Counted from the first letter of the stretch, positions 10,183-20,945 are shown. The stretch is 64,000 bases of DNA from Bacteroidales bacterium (GCA_021108325.1 JAIORB010000038.1:17217-81216), one strand, 5' to 3'. Numbers and translations: made by a program. The notes: generated by a model from the sequence alone, not told the origin.

Positions 10183-10875
10183 ATGAACTTATTTACTCAA
10201 TATTTAAACGACTTTTTCAATCTCTTTTTCCCTGACTTATGTATTGTTTGTAATTCGCATCTGGTAAATCAGGAAGAACTAATTTGTACGAAATGTTTAT
10301 ATAATTTACCCAAAACGAATTATCATAAAGAAATCGATAATCCTGTGTCACAATTATTTTGGGGGAGAACAAAGCTTGAATATGCAACCGGTTTTTTTAC
10401 TTTTAGCAAAGGTAGTAAATACCAGGGAATGATGCATAAGTTTAAATATCATGGTAACAAAGAAATCGGATATGTCCTTGGAAAATCTTTTGGGAATCAT
10501 TTAAGAAATAGTGTTTTTAATCAGATTGATATAATCATTCCTGTTCCTTTACATAAAAGCAAACTGAAAAAACGCGGATATAATCAGAGCGAATGGATTG
10601 CAAAAGGACTTTCTGAAACTATGCAAATACCTTTGGATGTTAAATCATTTATTCGTTCTGTTGCAACAGAAACACAAACCCGTAAATCGAGGTTTGAACG
10701 ATGGAAAAATGTTGAAAAGATCTTCAAAGTTACAAACGAAAATGCCTTAAAAGGATACCACATTTTGTTAGTTGACGACGTAGTTACAACCGGGTCAACA
10801 TTTGAGGCTTGTGCAAATGCAATTCTGGAAATTGAAGATACCAAAGTTAGTATAGCTGCATTGGCTGTTGCTTGA
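10183..10875 (+). CDS. ComF-family phosphoribosyltransferase-like protein
   Basis: N-terminal Cys pairs (CIVC...CTKC) and C-terminal PRTase motif ILLVDDVVTTGST. Confidence 0.8.
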   Translation: MNLFTQYLNDFFNLFFPDLCIVCNSHLVNQEELICTKCLYNLPKTNYHKEIDNPVSQLFWGRTKLEYATGFFTFSKGSKYQGMMHKFKYHGNKEIGYVLGKSFGNHLRNSVFNQIDIIIPVPLHKSKLKKRGYNQSEWIAKGLSETMQIPLDVKSFIRSVATETQTRKSRFERWKNVEKIFKVTNENALKGYHILLVDDVVTTGSTFEACANAILEIEDTKVSIAALAVA

Positions 10876-10937
10876 TCAGGTAAACAATTTTACTTTTAAT
10901 GAATATCCGGTAATATACCTAATAATTCCTATAAGAC

Positions 10938-11006
10938 CTGTCATTCCTGCGAAAGCAGGAATCTTCTAATAAATAAGTAGATTCCGCATCAAGTGCGGAA
11001 TGACAG
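10938..11006. repeat. REP-like nested palindromic element
   Basis: Outer stem ctgtcattcc / ggaatgacag encloses two inner hairpins (attcctgc-gaaa-gcaggaat and attccgca-tcaag-tgcggaat). Confidence 0.6.
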
Positions 11007-11064
11007 AGCATTTATTGGTCTACATAGGTATGAAAGCGGATATTCATATTACTTTTTAACTAAA

Positions 11065-11628
11065 CTATTTCCCCCATCTTTTATAATCAACCTCTAAGTC
11101 AGCTAAATCTAATACTCTGTTAATTACTGTTGATACCACATCTTCAATGTTTTTAGGTTTCGAATAAAACGAAGGTGTTGCAGGACAAATTATTCCTCCT
11201 GCTAAAGTAATTGTTTCCATATTTTTAATATGGATTAAATTGTATGGGATTTCTCTGGGAATCAAAATTAACTTTTGTTTTTCTTTTAAAATAACATCTG
11301 CAGTCCTTGTAATTAAATCATCTGATGTTCCATTTGCAATTCGCCCAAGAGTTCCCATTGAGCATGGACAAATAATCATAGTATCATATTGAGCTGACCC
11401 CGATGCAAAAGGTGCATAAAAATCATTAACATCGTATTGTTTGAAGGGATAATCATTATATAATTTATTTTCCAATTCATATTCCCAAATCTCTTTGGCA
11501 TTTTTCGAAAAGACTATACCAATATCTTCAATTTGATTCTTAAGTTTAAGAAACTTATCGAAAAGTAATTTGGCATAAATCGATCCGCTTGCTCCTGTAA
11601 TAGCTATTATTATTTTTCTTTTTTTCAT
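11065..11628 (-). CDS. ubiX: flavin prenyltransferase UbiX
   Basis: 187 aa with IAITGASGSIYA, PCSMGTLGRIANG and LILIPRE motifs of the UbiX/Pad1 flavoprotein family. Confidence 0.9.
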   Translation of the reverse strand: MKKRKIIIAITGASGSIYAKLLFDKFLKLKNQIEDIGIVFSKNAKEIWEYELENKLYNDYPFKQYDVNDFYAPFASGSAQYDTMIICPCSMGTLGRIANGTSDDLITRTADVILKEKQKLILIPREIPYNLIHIKNMETITLAGGIICPATPSFYSKPKNIEDVVSTVINRVLDLADLEVDYKRWGK

Positions 11629-11640
11629 CTGTTTATAATT

Positions 11641-12252
11641 TCATCTTTTACCAAAGTTGGCTATTTGATAATAAACAGCAAATGTAAGTGCATTGTTGTA
11701 CTGGCCTCTATCTAAAAAATGAACCTGATCTCCCGGATGATTTCTTATTGGTAAAATAGAATAATTAAAACGCACATTAAAAAATAGATTTTCAATTATT
11801 TTGTATTCTACACCAGCCAGACCAGAGAATTCAAATTCGTTAAAAGGAGGATCAGCAGGTTCGTCGCCAATACGATCTTTATTTTCGGTAGATTTTTGTA
11901 AGTATCCGACAGCTAATCCTATATTCGCGCTGAACTTATCTAAAAAATTATATTTTAAAAAAACAGGGAGTTCAATATAATTTAATTTTGATTGGTAAAA
12001 AACGTTTTGATCTTCACTTTCCCATTTACTGCCTTTTTGAATATACTTTAACTCCATTTGAGCATCAATATATTTATTAATTTTGGCATTGGTATAAATC
12101 CCGAAAGACAAACCTGCCTTATGATATCCACTCGATCTGTCACCATCGAGCTGCGATGCAGACAGGCCTCCGAAAACACCGCCACCAAAGGTTTGAGCAA
12201 ATCCGACTTGACTTATTAGTAATATAATTATAATAAAAAGAGATTTTTTCAT
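11641..12252 (-). CDS. outer-membrane beta-barrel (porin-family) protein
   Basis: Signal peptide, Gly/aromatic-rich alternating strands and about 200 aa length, like OmpA-N/OmpW-type barrels. Confidence 0.55.
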   Translation of the reverse strand: MKKSLFIIIILLISQVGFAQTFGGGVFGGLSASQLDGDRSSGYHKAGLSFGIYTNAKINKYIDAQMELKYIQKGSKWESEDQNVFYQSKLNYIELPVFLKYNFLDKFSANIGLAVGYLQKSTENKDRIGDEPADPPFNEFEFSGLAGVEYKIIENLFFNVRFNYSILPIRNHPGDQVHFLDRGQYNNALTFAVYYQIANFGKR

Positions 12253-12410
12253 AGTCTGAGCTTATATAACAATGATTTAAAATTACTCAAAAAAGAGAAA
12301 CTATAATTGAATAAATTAAGGTTTATTAGCAAACTTTAACTTTTTCCGCCCGTATAGATAGGTATAGTTTTTGTTATTTTGTATTTAGATAACAATTAAT
12401 AGCCTTGCTT

Positions 12411-12794
12411 ATGAAAAAGTTTTTACTCATTATAATTTCTGCATTTATTTTTGGATCCGTATTTGCAAGTCAAAACAGCAATTTAAATAATCCTTTTGGT
12501 GATCAAAATCAGAGTGATTCCACCAGTATTAATTTTTATGAGCTACAGAAATTAAAGTTATATCCCAATCCTGCTTCTAGTTATTTATTCATCGAATATG
12601 ACATTATTTTTGTAAAAGAAGCTAAACTTCAAATTTATAATTCCATCGGTGCTATAGTATACACTAAAACTTTGAAAGAAAAACAAGACAACATTAAGAT
12701 TTCAGTGTCTGATTATAAGAATGGATTATATTTCTGTTCTCTTCAGATTGATGGAAAGCTTTTAAATACAAGAAAAATCCTAATTAATCATTAA
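12411..12794 (+). CDS. small secreted protein with T9SS C-terminal sorting domain
   Basis: Signal peptide. C-terminal LKLYPNPASSYLFIEY...NGLYFCSLQIDGKLLNTRKILI matches the Por secretion tail pattern. ATG 12411 preferred over track TTG 12405. Confidence 0.6.
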   Translation: MKKFLLIIISAFIFGSVFASQNSNLNNPFGDQNQSDSTSINFYELQKLKLYPNPASSYLFIEYDIIFVKEAKLQIYNSIGAIVYTKTLKEKQDNIKISVSDYKNGLYFCSLQIDGKLLNTRKILINH

Positions 12795-13047
12795 ACTTGA
12801 AGTGCCTAAAGTTTAAAATGTCTATAATGCCTAAAATTCAATTTCTTATAATTTTATTTTCAAAATCAATAATGGTTTAGATTCTTCTAATTTGTACGTT
12901 TCCTTGTTCATAATTTTGTAAACTTTATATTTTAAAACCTTTCTTTCAAGCTATAAAATTTATAATTAAAACTTTGTGTTGCTTCCTAATTGCTACAACA
13001 CTCCTTATTATCTATTTTAAATAACTTTAGGCATTTTTAATTTTAGT

Positions 13048-13761
13048 TCACTTTAAGTATTTATTTTTTAATATATCAATTAGTTTTTGTACTCCTGTTC
13101 CTGCTTTTTCCTTAATAAAGCTTACATTTTTGTATGATGTATGAATATCATTAGGATCAATCAAAAAAATTGGAATTCCCTTAGGAGCATAGTCTAATAG
13201 CCCGGCTGCCGGATATACATTTAAAGATGTTCCTATAACCACAAAAATATCTGCTCTTTCGCATATCGAAGCAGCTTCGGCAATAGCAGGGACCGTTTCT
13301 CCAAACCAGACAATATGTGGCCGAAGTTGCGACCCTTTTTCACAGGTGTCGCCAAGTTTTAATTCCCATCCATCAATATCATAAACCAGCTTAGGATCAA
13401 TAGTGCTTCTGGCTTTTTTAAGCTCTCCATGTAAATGGAGAATATTTTTACTTCCTGCTCTTTCGTGTAAATCGTCAACATTCTGAGTTACTATGTGTAA
13501 ATCGAAATATTTTTCAAGTTCAACCAGTCCTTTATGACCTTCGTTTGGTGATGCCTCTAAAAGCTTTTTTCGGCGTTCGTTATAAAAACGCATAACCAAT
13601 TCCGGACTATGTTCCCATGCTTGTGGACTTGCAACTTCCATTACATCGTATTCTTCCCAAAGACCTCCCATGTCACGAAAAGTTTTTATTCCACTTTCGG
13701 CACTGATGCCTGCACCCGAAAGAACTACTAAATTTTTCATATCATTTATTTTGACATCCAA
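13048..13761 (-). CDS. cobB: NAD-dependent protein deacylase (Sir2 family)
   Basis: LSGAGISAESGI, TQNVDDLHERAG, HLHGEL and VIGTSLNVYPAAGL motifs. The true start may be the internal MKNLVV. Confidence 0.85.
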   Translation of the reverse strand: MDVKINDMKNLVVLSGAGISAESGIKTFRDMGGLWEEYDVMEVASPQAWEHSPELVMRFYNERRKKLLEASPNEGHKGLVELEKYFDLHIVTQNVDDLHERAGSKNILHLHGELKKARSTIDPKLVYDIDGWELKLGDTCEKGSQLRPHIVWFGETVPAIAEAASICERADIFVVIGTSLNVYPAAGLLDYAPKGIPIFLIDPNDIHTSYKNVSFIKEKAGTGVQKLIDILKNKYLK

Positions 13762-13895
13762 TTTAAAAATTATTGATCGTATTTAAAAGAAGTTTCCTTT
13801 TTAATTAAATAATCAAAAATTTGCATCGAATTTTTAGTATTTTAGCTGATGCTCCAATTTCAATAAGTTGCTGAAATACTGATAAATAGTTTTTA

Positions 13896-15848
13896 ATGAT
13901 AGATCATAGCACTATACAAAGAATAATTGATACTGCCGAAATAACTGAAGTTGTTCAGGATTTTGTTAATCTTAAAAAGCGTGGTGTAAATTACTTGGGT
14001 TTATGTCCATTTCATAACGAAAAAACACCATCATTTACAGTCTCACCATCCAAAGGGATTTATAAATGTTTCGGATGTGGAAAAGGAGGAAATGCGGTTA
14101 ACTTTATAATGGAGCATGAACATTTAAGTTATCCTGAATCCTTAAAATATCTTGCTAAAAAATATAATATCGAAGTTGTTGAGAAAGAATTAACAGCCGA
14201 AGAAATTCAACAACAGAACGAAAGGGATAGCTTACTCATTGTTACAAAATTTGCAAATTCATATTTTCAGGAAAAGCTTCATAAAAATACTGATGGAAGA
14301 GCAATCGGGTTAAGTTATTTTAAAGAACGCGGTTTCCGTGAAGAGATAATAGAAAAATTCGAATTAGGTTACAGTCTTGATGTTAAAGATGCCTTTACTA
14401 TTGCTGCTAAGGAAGCAGGATATAAAATTGATTTTATTGAAAAAGCAGGATTAACAATTGTAAACGAGAATGGAAAATTTGATCGTTTTCGTGGTCGTGT
14501 GATTTTCCCAATTCATGGTTTATCCGGAAATGTAATTGGCTTTGGTGGTCGTATACTGAAAAAAGATGCAAAAGCTGCCAAATATTTAAACTCTCCCGAA
14601 TCGGATATTTACCATAAAAGCAGAGTGTTATATGGAATGTTCTTTGCAAAAAAATCGATAACACAATTAGATAAATGTTATCTGGTTGAGGGATATACTG
14701 ATGTTATTTCAATGCATCAATCGGGTATTGAAAATGTTGTGGCTTCTTCCGGAACATCATTGACAGTAGAACAAATCCGGTTAATTAAACGATTTACACC
14801 TAATGTTACAATAATTTACGATGGTGATGCAGCCGGAATAAAAGCATCGCTTCGGGGAATTGATTTGGTGTTAGAGCAGGGATTAAATGTACGGGTTCTT
14901 TTATTACCCGAAGGCGAGGATCCTGATTCTTTTGCAAAAAGTAAAAGTTCCGGTGAGTTAATAGAATTTATTGAACAAAACGAAGAAGATTTTATAACAT
15001 TTAAAACTCGTTTACTGGCTAATGAAGCTAAAAATGATCCTGTAAAAAAGGAAAATTTAGTAAGAGAAATCTTGGCAACAATAAATAATATTCCTTCAGA
15101 TACATTAGCAGCACAATATTTAAAAGTTTGTAGTGAGATTTTTAACGTTGATGAGAAACCGATTTATTCGGAATTTGGTAAGCTAAGACGTCAACGAAAA
15201 AAGAAAATAGAAGAACGAAAAAAGAGATTGGTAATAGATAAAAATATCAGTCATGAGAGTAGTTTTTCAAGCTTCATAGAAGGATATTATGCTGAATCTC
15301 AAGAGAAAGAAATTGTTCGATTACTTTTACATTATTCAGACAATACTTTGTATACAGATCAGGAAGATAAATACGATGAACCCAGGAATGTATCTGTTGC
15401 TGAATATATTATTAGCGAAGTTTTACATGATGATCTTGAATTTAAGAATTTAATATATAAACAGATTTTTCAGGAATATTTTGATGCAATTAGTAGTGGT
15501 ATATCAATAAGTAATAAACATTTCACTTCTCATTCTGAACCTAAAATAAGTGAATTAGCAGCAAGCCTACTAAGTTCTCCTTATAAAATTAGTGACATAT
15601 TTAAAAAAGGTGGTTTGCATATTGAGACTGAGGAAATGAAATTAAAACGAATTGTTCCGGAAACAATAATAGCTTACAAACGAAAGATATTAGAAATGGC
15701 TATTGAAGAAGTGAATGGAAAATTAAAATTGGCACAGGAAAAAGATGCTTCTTTAGATGAAATCTATCAGATACAATCAGAATCTAAAAAAATAAATACT
15801 ATTCTAAATACTATTTCAAGAGAAAGGGGCTGGGTAAAGTTTAAATAA
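13896..15848 (+). CDS. dnaG: DNA primase
   Basis: Zinc ribbon CPFHNEKTPSF...CFGCGKGG, RNA-polymerase core, and TOPRIM (VEGYTDV...YDGDAAG). Confidence 0.9.
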   Translation: MIDHSTIQRIIDTAEITEVVQDFVNLKKRGVNYLGLCPFHNEKTPSFTVSPSKGIYKCFGCGKGGNAVNFIMEHEHLSYPESLKYLAKKYNIEVVEKELTAEEIQQQNERDSLLIVTKFANSYFQEKLHKNTDGRAIGLSYFKERGFREEIIEKFELGYSLDVKDAFTIAAKEAGYKIDFIEKAGLTIVNENGKFDRFRGRVIFPIHGLSGNVIGFGGRILKKDAKAAKYLNSPESDIYHKSRVLYGMFFAKKSITQLDKCYLVEGYTDVISMHQSGIENVVASSGTSLTVEQIRLIKRFTPNVTIIYDGDAAGIKASLRGIDLVLEQGLNVRVLLLPEGEDPDSFAKSKSSGELIEFIEQNEEDFITFKTRLLANEAKNDPVKKENLVREILATINNIPSDTLAAQYLKVCSEIFNVDEKPIYSEFGKLRRQRKKKIEERKKRLVIDKNISHESSFSSFIEGYYAESQEKEIVRLLLHYSDNTLYTDQEDKYDEPRNVSVAEYIISEVLHDDLEFKNLIYKQIFQEYFDAISSGISISNKHFTSHSEPKISELAASLLSSPYKISDIFKKGGLHIETEEMKLKRIVPETIIAYKRKILEMAIEEVNGKLKLAQEKDASLDEIYQIQSESKKINTILNTISRERGWVKFK

Positions 15849-15879
15849 AAAATCCGATTAAAAACTTAACCGGATTTTA
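15848..15879. terminator. possible bidirectional terminator (dnaG / creD convergent)
   Basis: aaaatccg ... cggatttt stem with a 14-nt loop between convergent genes. The loop is large, so confidence is modest. Confidence 0.4.
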
Positions 15880-15899
15880 TAAAAACTAAATTATACCAA

Positions 15900-17240
15900 T
15901 CAACTTACTATATCTGAGCTATTATCTCCATTTAAATTAGAATACCAGTCTACTTTTCTTGATAAATACATTACAATTGCTAATGCAATAAATAAGCCGA
16001 TACTTCCAAATAACAATGAATAATCCTGTAATTGAAGAATTGTAAACAAGAAAACATATAATACTATTAAAACCAAGGCTACTATTGCTGTTAGTTTTTT
16101 ATTTTTTAGCATACTATATGAATATGCAGTTATTAAAGTAATAATCGAAAAACTTGCTATTAAGTAGGCCAGGTTAAAGCTGATTTGTTCGGATAATGAT
16201 ACCAGGAGGGTATAAAAGATGCTTAAACCTAAACCTACTAGCAAGTATTGTATTGGATGAATCCTTTTTTTGTTTAGTATCTCGGTGAAAAAGAAAATTA
16301 AAAATGTTAATCCAATGAACATAATAGCATATTTAACAGATCGTAACGATTTTTGATAATGATCGACAGGGAGTAATAATTTAACTCCAAACATAGAATC
16401 ATCAATTGAATAAGTATTTCCCATCCATTTTTGCGGATATGGCCTGTTTAAATGCAGTACTTTCCATTTGGCATTAAATCCATTTTCGGTAATTTCTCTA
16501 TGATATGGAAGAAATGAACCATCAAAGCTAGGATCTGCCCAATCGGAATTAATTTCAATATTTGTTTCTTTTCCAACCGGAATAAAATTCAACGATTCAC
16601 TGCCATTTATATTAAGGTTAAATTGAAATTCAAAACTTTCGGAATCATTAAAATCAATATTTGTCGATACGCCGGTATAGTTGTAATTATTAATTCCAGG
16701 ATTAACATCGTATTCATCTTTATTCCATTTAACTTTAATTCCTTCTTTAATGCCCCGCATATCGGGGATTCGAATTGCTAAAGTTGCATCTTCCCACATG
16801 ATGTCTGATTCCGGAATTTTCCAGTTGCTAAAATCAGGCTTGTTAAAAGTTCCTCTAAAACTTAAATTGGTATTATAAACAATAACTTTATAAATGCCAC
16901 GATAACGAATTTCCGGGTTTAATTTTCCTTCTATATTTAAATCTTCAGGTAAAAAATGAGCATAACGTATTTCTTCTACAATTTCTTTGTCTTTTTTATA
17001 ATATAGTTTATATGGAATAGTGATAATAGGGCCAGCAATTGTTTGTGGATTTCCCCACTTGTAGCTTACTTCGCTAATCACAGAGTTTCTCAGGACATTT
17101 CTTTCATGAATAAGATTTTTAATCATTCCGGCTGGAATCAAAAGAGCTAAAATCATTAAACCGACAATGATAAACTTAATAGTAATTGAGTTTCTTACCC
17201 AGAATTTACTTTCGTTTTTCCCCGACATTTTATTGAGCAT
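15900..17240 (-). CDS. creD: CreD-family inner-membrane protein
   Basis: 446 aa with one N-terminal TM, a large periplasmic segment and five C-terminal TMs. The QYLLVGLGLSIFYTLL region is typical of CreD. Confidence 0.75.
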   Translation of the reverse strand: MLNKMSGKNESKFWVRNSITIKFIIVGLMILALLIPAGMIKNLIHERNVLRNSVISEVSYKWGNPQTIAGPIITIPYKLYYKKDKEIVEEIRYAHFLPEDLNIEGKLNPEIRYRGIYKVIVYNTNLSFRGTFNKPDFSNWKIPESDIMWEDATLAIRIPDMRGIKEGIKVKWNKDEYDVNPGINNYNYTGVSTNIDFNDSESFEFQFNLNINGSESLNFIPVGKETNIEINSDWADPSFDGSFLPYHREITENGFNAKWKVLHLNRPYPQKWMGNTYSIDDSMFGVKLLLPVDHYQKSLRSVKYAIMFIGLTFLIFFFTEILNKKRIHPIQYLLVGLGLSIFYTLLVSLSEQISFNLAYLIASFSIITLITAYSYSMLKNKKLTAIVALVLIVLYVFLFTILQLQDYSLLFGSIGLFIALAIVMYLSRKVDWYSNLNGDNSSDIVS

Positions 17241-17655
17241 TGGTTAGATAAATTAAATACTCGAAATGGCACAAAAAATTGTTTTGCAAATAGTTAATTA
17301 ATGTTAAAAGGTTTAATACATTTTTATTTTTTTTAAACAAAAAACCTTTAAGCAGATGGCATAATTTAGCTAAATTACTGACAATTAATTTAAAAGTCAA
17401 TAAGTTGGTGTTTAGTAATTTTGTAATATGACGAAACAATTACTGAGAATAGATTCTTGTCATCATTATAAATTTGCAAGTTAGTAGGTCAGGTAGAAGA
17501 ATCTGTTTTTCGGATTTGCTATTTAGGAAAGTAAATTTATGAAGAAACCTGAACCTACCAGCAAGCAAAGTAATGTTAAGTTATTATTAATACTTAATTT
17601 AAGGCAGAAAATTGTTTAGCGGAAGTTAATTAATGTTAAAAGGTTTAAAGAAGTA

Positions 17656-20600
17656 TTAAACCGAATGTTTTTTAAGGGAGAATTGTATTGTTGTGCCTTT
17701 GTTAGGCTTGCTGCTAATGTTAATTTCACCACCATTTTTTTCAACAAATTCTTTACAAAGAATAAGTCCTAATCCTGAGCCTTTTTCGTTAGAAAGTCCC
17801 GGAGTGGAGTAATGTGTATCAATTCTAAAAAGTTTTTTCTGATCTCCTTCACTAATTCCTATTCCGGAATCTTTAACTGAATATTTCACAAATTCTGTAT
17901 CGATATAGCAAGAAATTTCAATTTCACCATTTTCGGGAGTAAATTTAACTGCATTCGAAAGTAAATTACGAATAACGGTTTTTATCATATTTTCATCTGC
18001 GAATGCAATAGTATCCTTTTCAATATTTAATTTTAATTGAATATTTTTCGAATCAACTTTTCGCGTAATAAGTTCTATGTTTTCAGTTGTTAATAAATGA
18101 ATGTCAATTGGCTTCGGAGAAAACCTTATTTCCCCCATTTGAGTTGATGACCAATCGAGCAAATTCTCAAGTAAGTTAAATGTAGTTTGCGAAAGTTTAT
18201 TTAGTTCTCCTATAAAACCTTTGGTTTGCTCTTTGTTATATTCATCAAAATCATTAAATATTAAATTAGTTGAACCGGCCAAAGTACTTATAGGATTTCG
18301 AAGGTCGTGAGCAATAATTCGGAAGAATTTATTTTTAGTGGCATTACTTAATGCAAGCTTATCTCGTTGTTCTTCGATTTCCAGATTTTGTTTTTCCAGT
18401 TTTTTGTTTTTAGCACTAATCCATTGGTTTGCGTCTTTAAGGTGTTCGGCCTGAACAAGAATTTCTTCTTTTTGCATTAAGATTTCCTGCGTGCGTTCTA
18501 TTACAATTTTTTCTAACTTATCTTTTTCCTTAATTAAACGATAAGTATACAAACGCACAATAATAATAATTAACATTATACCCAGAAGAATGTACCCGAG
18601 AATGGCAGCGAAACTTCTGTACCATGGTGGAAGTATTTTAAATTTAAATTCAGAAACAGGGCCTTCCAATGTATATAAATTCCTGGATTTAACCTTAAAA
18701 GCATAATCCCCTTTTCTTAAGTTAGTATATTCTTTTTTTGTTTCAGTGTTCCAGGGTGACCAGGTTTTATCGTATCCTTCTAGAAAGTAACTGTATTCAT
18801 TTTTTGATTCATCTTCATAAAATGGCAACGAATAATTAAATGTTAATGAATTGTTTTTAAAATCAAGAATAGTACCAATATTTACTTTAGAATCAGGGTT
18901 TATTATTAAACCGGTAGAGCTGGAATCAAGATTATTTTCTATTTTTTTATAATTTGTTCCATTATAAATTAATGAATCACCTGAAAGAACATTTCTGATC
19001 AACACCGGGTAGATGTTAAAATAATCTTTTTGATTTGTTACATAATATCTAAATGTTCCGTCGGTAGTGCTAAACCAAATAATAGAATCAGCTGTTTGGG
19101 TTGTAATGTAATAACGCGAAACGGTATTTTCTAAAACCCGATACCAGGATAAACTATCATGCGGGAGGCCTTCCTCAACACTATCCGTTGCTGCCAAATA
19201 AGGACGTTCGTCAATAATAAAACTATCTTCGGTATTGTTAAAAACAAAATAATCGTTAGCACTTAAATAGAATAATTCTTTATTGATTTCTGCAAATTGA
19301 ACTGATTGTACCGATGGTAATCCATCAAGAGTATTGTACAAATTAACAATATTGTGTTCTTGGCTAAGAAGAGGTTTTTTAATTCTATAAACTCCCTTAT
19401 AACTAGCACTTGCCCAAATACTCCCTAAAGAATCTTCATTTATATCACGTATTTGATTATTAATATCAAACTTCATTCCATGATCAGTCCATTTCCCGTT
19501 AGAGTAACTCATTAGGGCTATGCCATTAGCTAATCCAAGAAATATTTTGGAAGGATCTTTTTTGTACTGATAAATTTTAAAAATTGCTTTGTAATCAGAT
19601 ATCTTTATTGATTTACCATCATTAATCTGAAAAAGGCCTGTGCTTGTAGCAACAAGAAGTAACATTTTATCTGAAGAAGGAGAAAAAAACGCCTTTCGGT
19701 CATTTAATAATTCTTCAGTAGTTTTATAATTTAAATCAGGTAAAATAAAATATAAAAATCCCCAGGCTTGTTCAAACCTACCTTCTACCGGAGTAAAATT
19801 ATTAATAGAATAATTAATGTTATCTTTTTCTCTTTTTGAATAGTAAACACCAGACCCGGTTGAAACATAATGATTATCATCTAGACTTGCTACATCGGAA
19901 ATGGTTCCGTTTATTCCTTTTTCATCATTCCAATATCTAAAAGGAGATAAAATATCTACCCGGCAAATACCATTTGCAAGAGCCATCCATAAGGCCTGAC
20001 CCTGTTGATAATAAAGGCGGTGAGCAGAACTTATAACACCAGTCGATTCATGATTGATAACATCAACAACATCCCAATTAGTATTAACAAGCAATACTCC
20101 TCCCGTTATTGTACTCATTGCAAATAAATTATCAGAGATTTTAATTCCATGATAAAATGTGTTTTTGATAAAATAATTATTCAGATTTAAAGCATTAGTT
20201 GAAATATCCGAAAACGGTATTATTTGCACCTCTTCACCTGAATCCTCATATAAAAACAAACCTTTTGTCCGAGTACATATAAGTAATTTATCGTTAAGAG
20301 GAAGTATAGAATGAATTCTTTTATCGGCAAAAAATTCTCCTTTTTTAATAAGTACCAATGAATCGTTTTTAAATTTTAATAAACCTTTTCCTATTTCCTG
20401 TACATATAAGTTTTTGTCAACTTTATGACTAAGATAGTATCGTTCTTTATTTCTTTCCCAGCAATCAATTTTTTGATTTTTGTAACGAAATAAATAATTG
20501 TCGGTTAAAAAGAAAACGTCTTTATTAAAACAATGAATATCCCAGACATCACCAAAGTTGGAGTAATTTGAATCAATTAAATGTGTAAGAGAGTTATATG

Positions 20601-20883
20601 TTAATGTGCCATTTTTGTCAGGCAATAAGTGTCCAAATTCTTCGTAAGCTCCCACATAAAGATTATTATTATCGTCAATAGCAATGCTACGTACATTTGA
20701 ATTGTTAGGAACATAAATTTTTCTCCATTCATTTCCGTCATATTCTAAAACACAACTCGAATTCCCAAAATACAAAACACCTCTGTTATCCTGAACAATT
20801 GACCAGTTTTGAGATGGGGCGCTGTAGTCTTTTGGAGAATAATATTTAGATACTAACAGACCTCTTTCTTGAGCAATTGACAC
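17656..20883 (-). CDS. sensor histidine kinase with periplasmic two-component-regulator propeller / Y_Y_Y domains
   Basis: Long beta-propeller-like N-terminal region, Y_Y_Y-like segment (YSYFLEGYDKTWSPW), one TM and a coiled coil. HisKA is FFRIIAHDLRNP and HATPase_c is GSGLGLILCKEFVEKNGG. The true N-terminus probably lies upstream (see finding). Confidence 0.8.
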   Translation of the reverse strand: MSIAQERGLLVSKYYSPKDYSAPSQNWSIVQDNRGVLYFGNSSCVLEYDGNEWRKIYVPNNSNVRSIAIDDNNNLYVGAYEEFGHLLPDKNGTLTYNSLTHLIDSNYSNFGDVWDIHCFNKDVFFLTDNYLFRYKNQKIDCWERNKERYYLSHKVDKNLYVQEIGKGLLKFKNDSLVLIKKGEFFADKRIHSILPLNDKLLICTRTKGLFLYEDSGEEVQIIPFSDISTNALNLNNYFIKNTFYHGIKISDNLFAMSTITGGVLLVNTNWDVVDVINHESTGVISSAHRLYYQQGQALWMALANGICRVDILSPFRYWNDEKGINGTISDVASLDDNHYVSTGSGVYYSKREKDNINYSINNFTPVEGRFEQAWGFLYFILPDLNYKTTEELLNDRKAFFSPSSDKMLLLVATSTGLFQINDGKSIKISDYKAIFKIYQYKKDPSKIFLGLANGIALMSYSNGKWTDHGMKFDINNQIRDINEDSLGSIWASASYKGVYRIKKPLLSQEHNIVNLYNTLDGLPSVQSVQFAEINKELFYLSANDYFVFNNTEDSFIIDERPYLAATDSVEEGLPHDSLSWYRVLENTVSRYYITTQTADSIIWFSTTDGTFRYYVTNQKDYFNIYPVLIRNVLSGDSLIYNGTNYKKIENNLDSSSTGLIINPDSKVNIGTILDFKNNSLTFNYSLPFYEDESKNEYSYFLEGYDKTWSPWNTETKKEYTNLRKGDYAFKVKSRNLYTLEGPVSEFKFKILPPWYRSFAAILGYILLGIMLIIIIVRLYTYRLIKEKDKLEKIVIERTQEILMQKEEILVQAEHLKDANQWISAKNKKLEKQNLEIEEQRDKLALSNATKNKFFRIIAHDLRNPISTLAGSTNLIFNDFDEYNKEQTKGFIGELNKLSQTTFNLLENLLDWSSTQMGEIRFSPKPIDIHLLTTENIELITRKVDSKNIQLKLNIEKDTIAFADENMIKTVIRNLLSNAVKFTPENGEIEISCYIDTEFVKYSVKDSGIGISEGDQKKLFRIDTHYSTPGLSNEKGSGLGLILCKEFVEKNGGEINISSKPNKGTTIQFSLKKHSV

Positions 20884-20945
20884 AAAAGAATTTATAAACA
20901 GGAATAAAAAAAATAAAACGATATGTCTGCTATTAGATTTCAGTA

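Noticed and set aside
12802-13034. 11-bp inverted repeat tgcctaaagtt / aactttaggca spanning the 250-bp gap before cobB, as a possible MITE.
   Set aside because: The arms are short for this AT-rich background, and I saw no internal structure or second copy in the window. This is too weak to call.
17230-17439. 69-aa minus-strand ORF upstream of creD, and the 86-aa ORF at 35581-35841.
   Set aside because: The first sits in AT-rich intergenic DNA that overlaps the direct-repeat region and has no recognisable features. The second spans the junction of two well-supported rhodanese genes in another frame.
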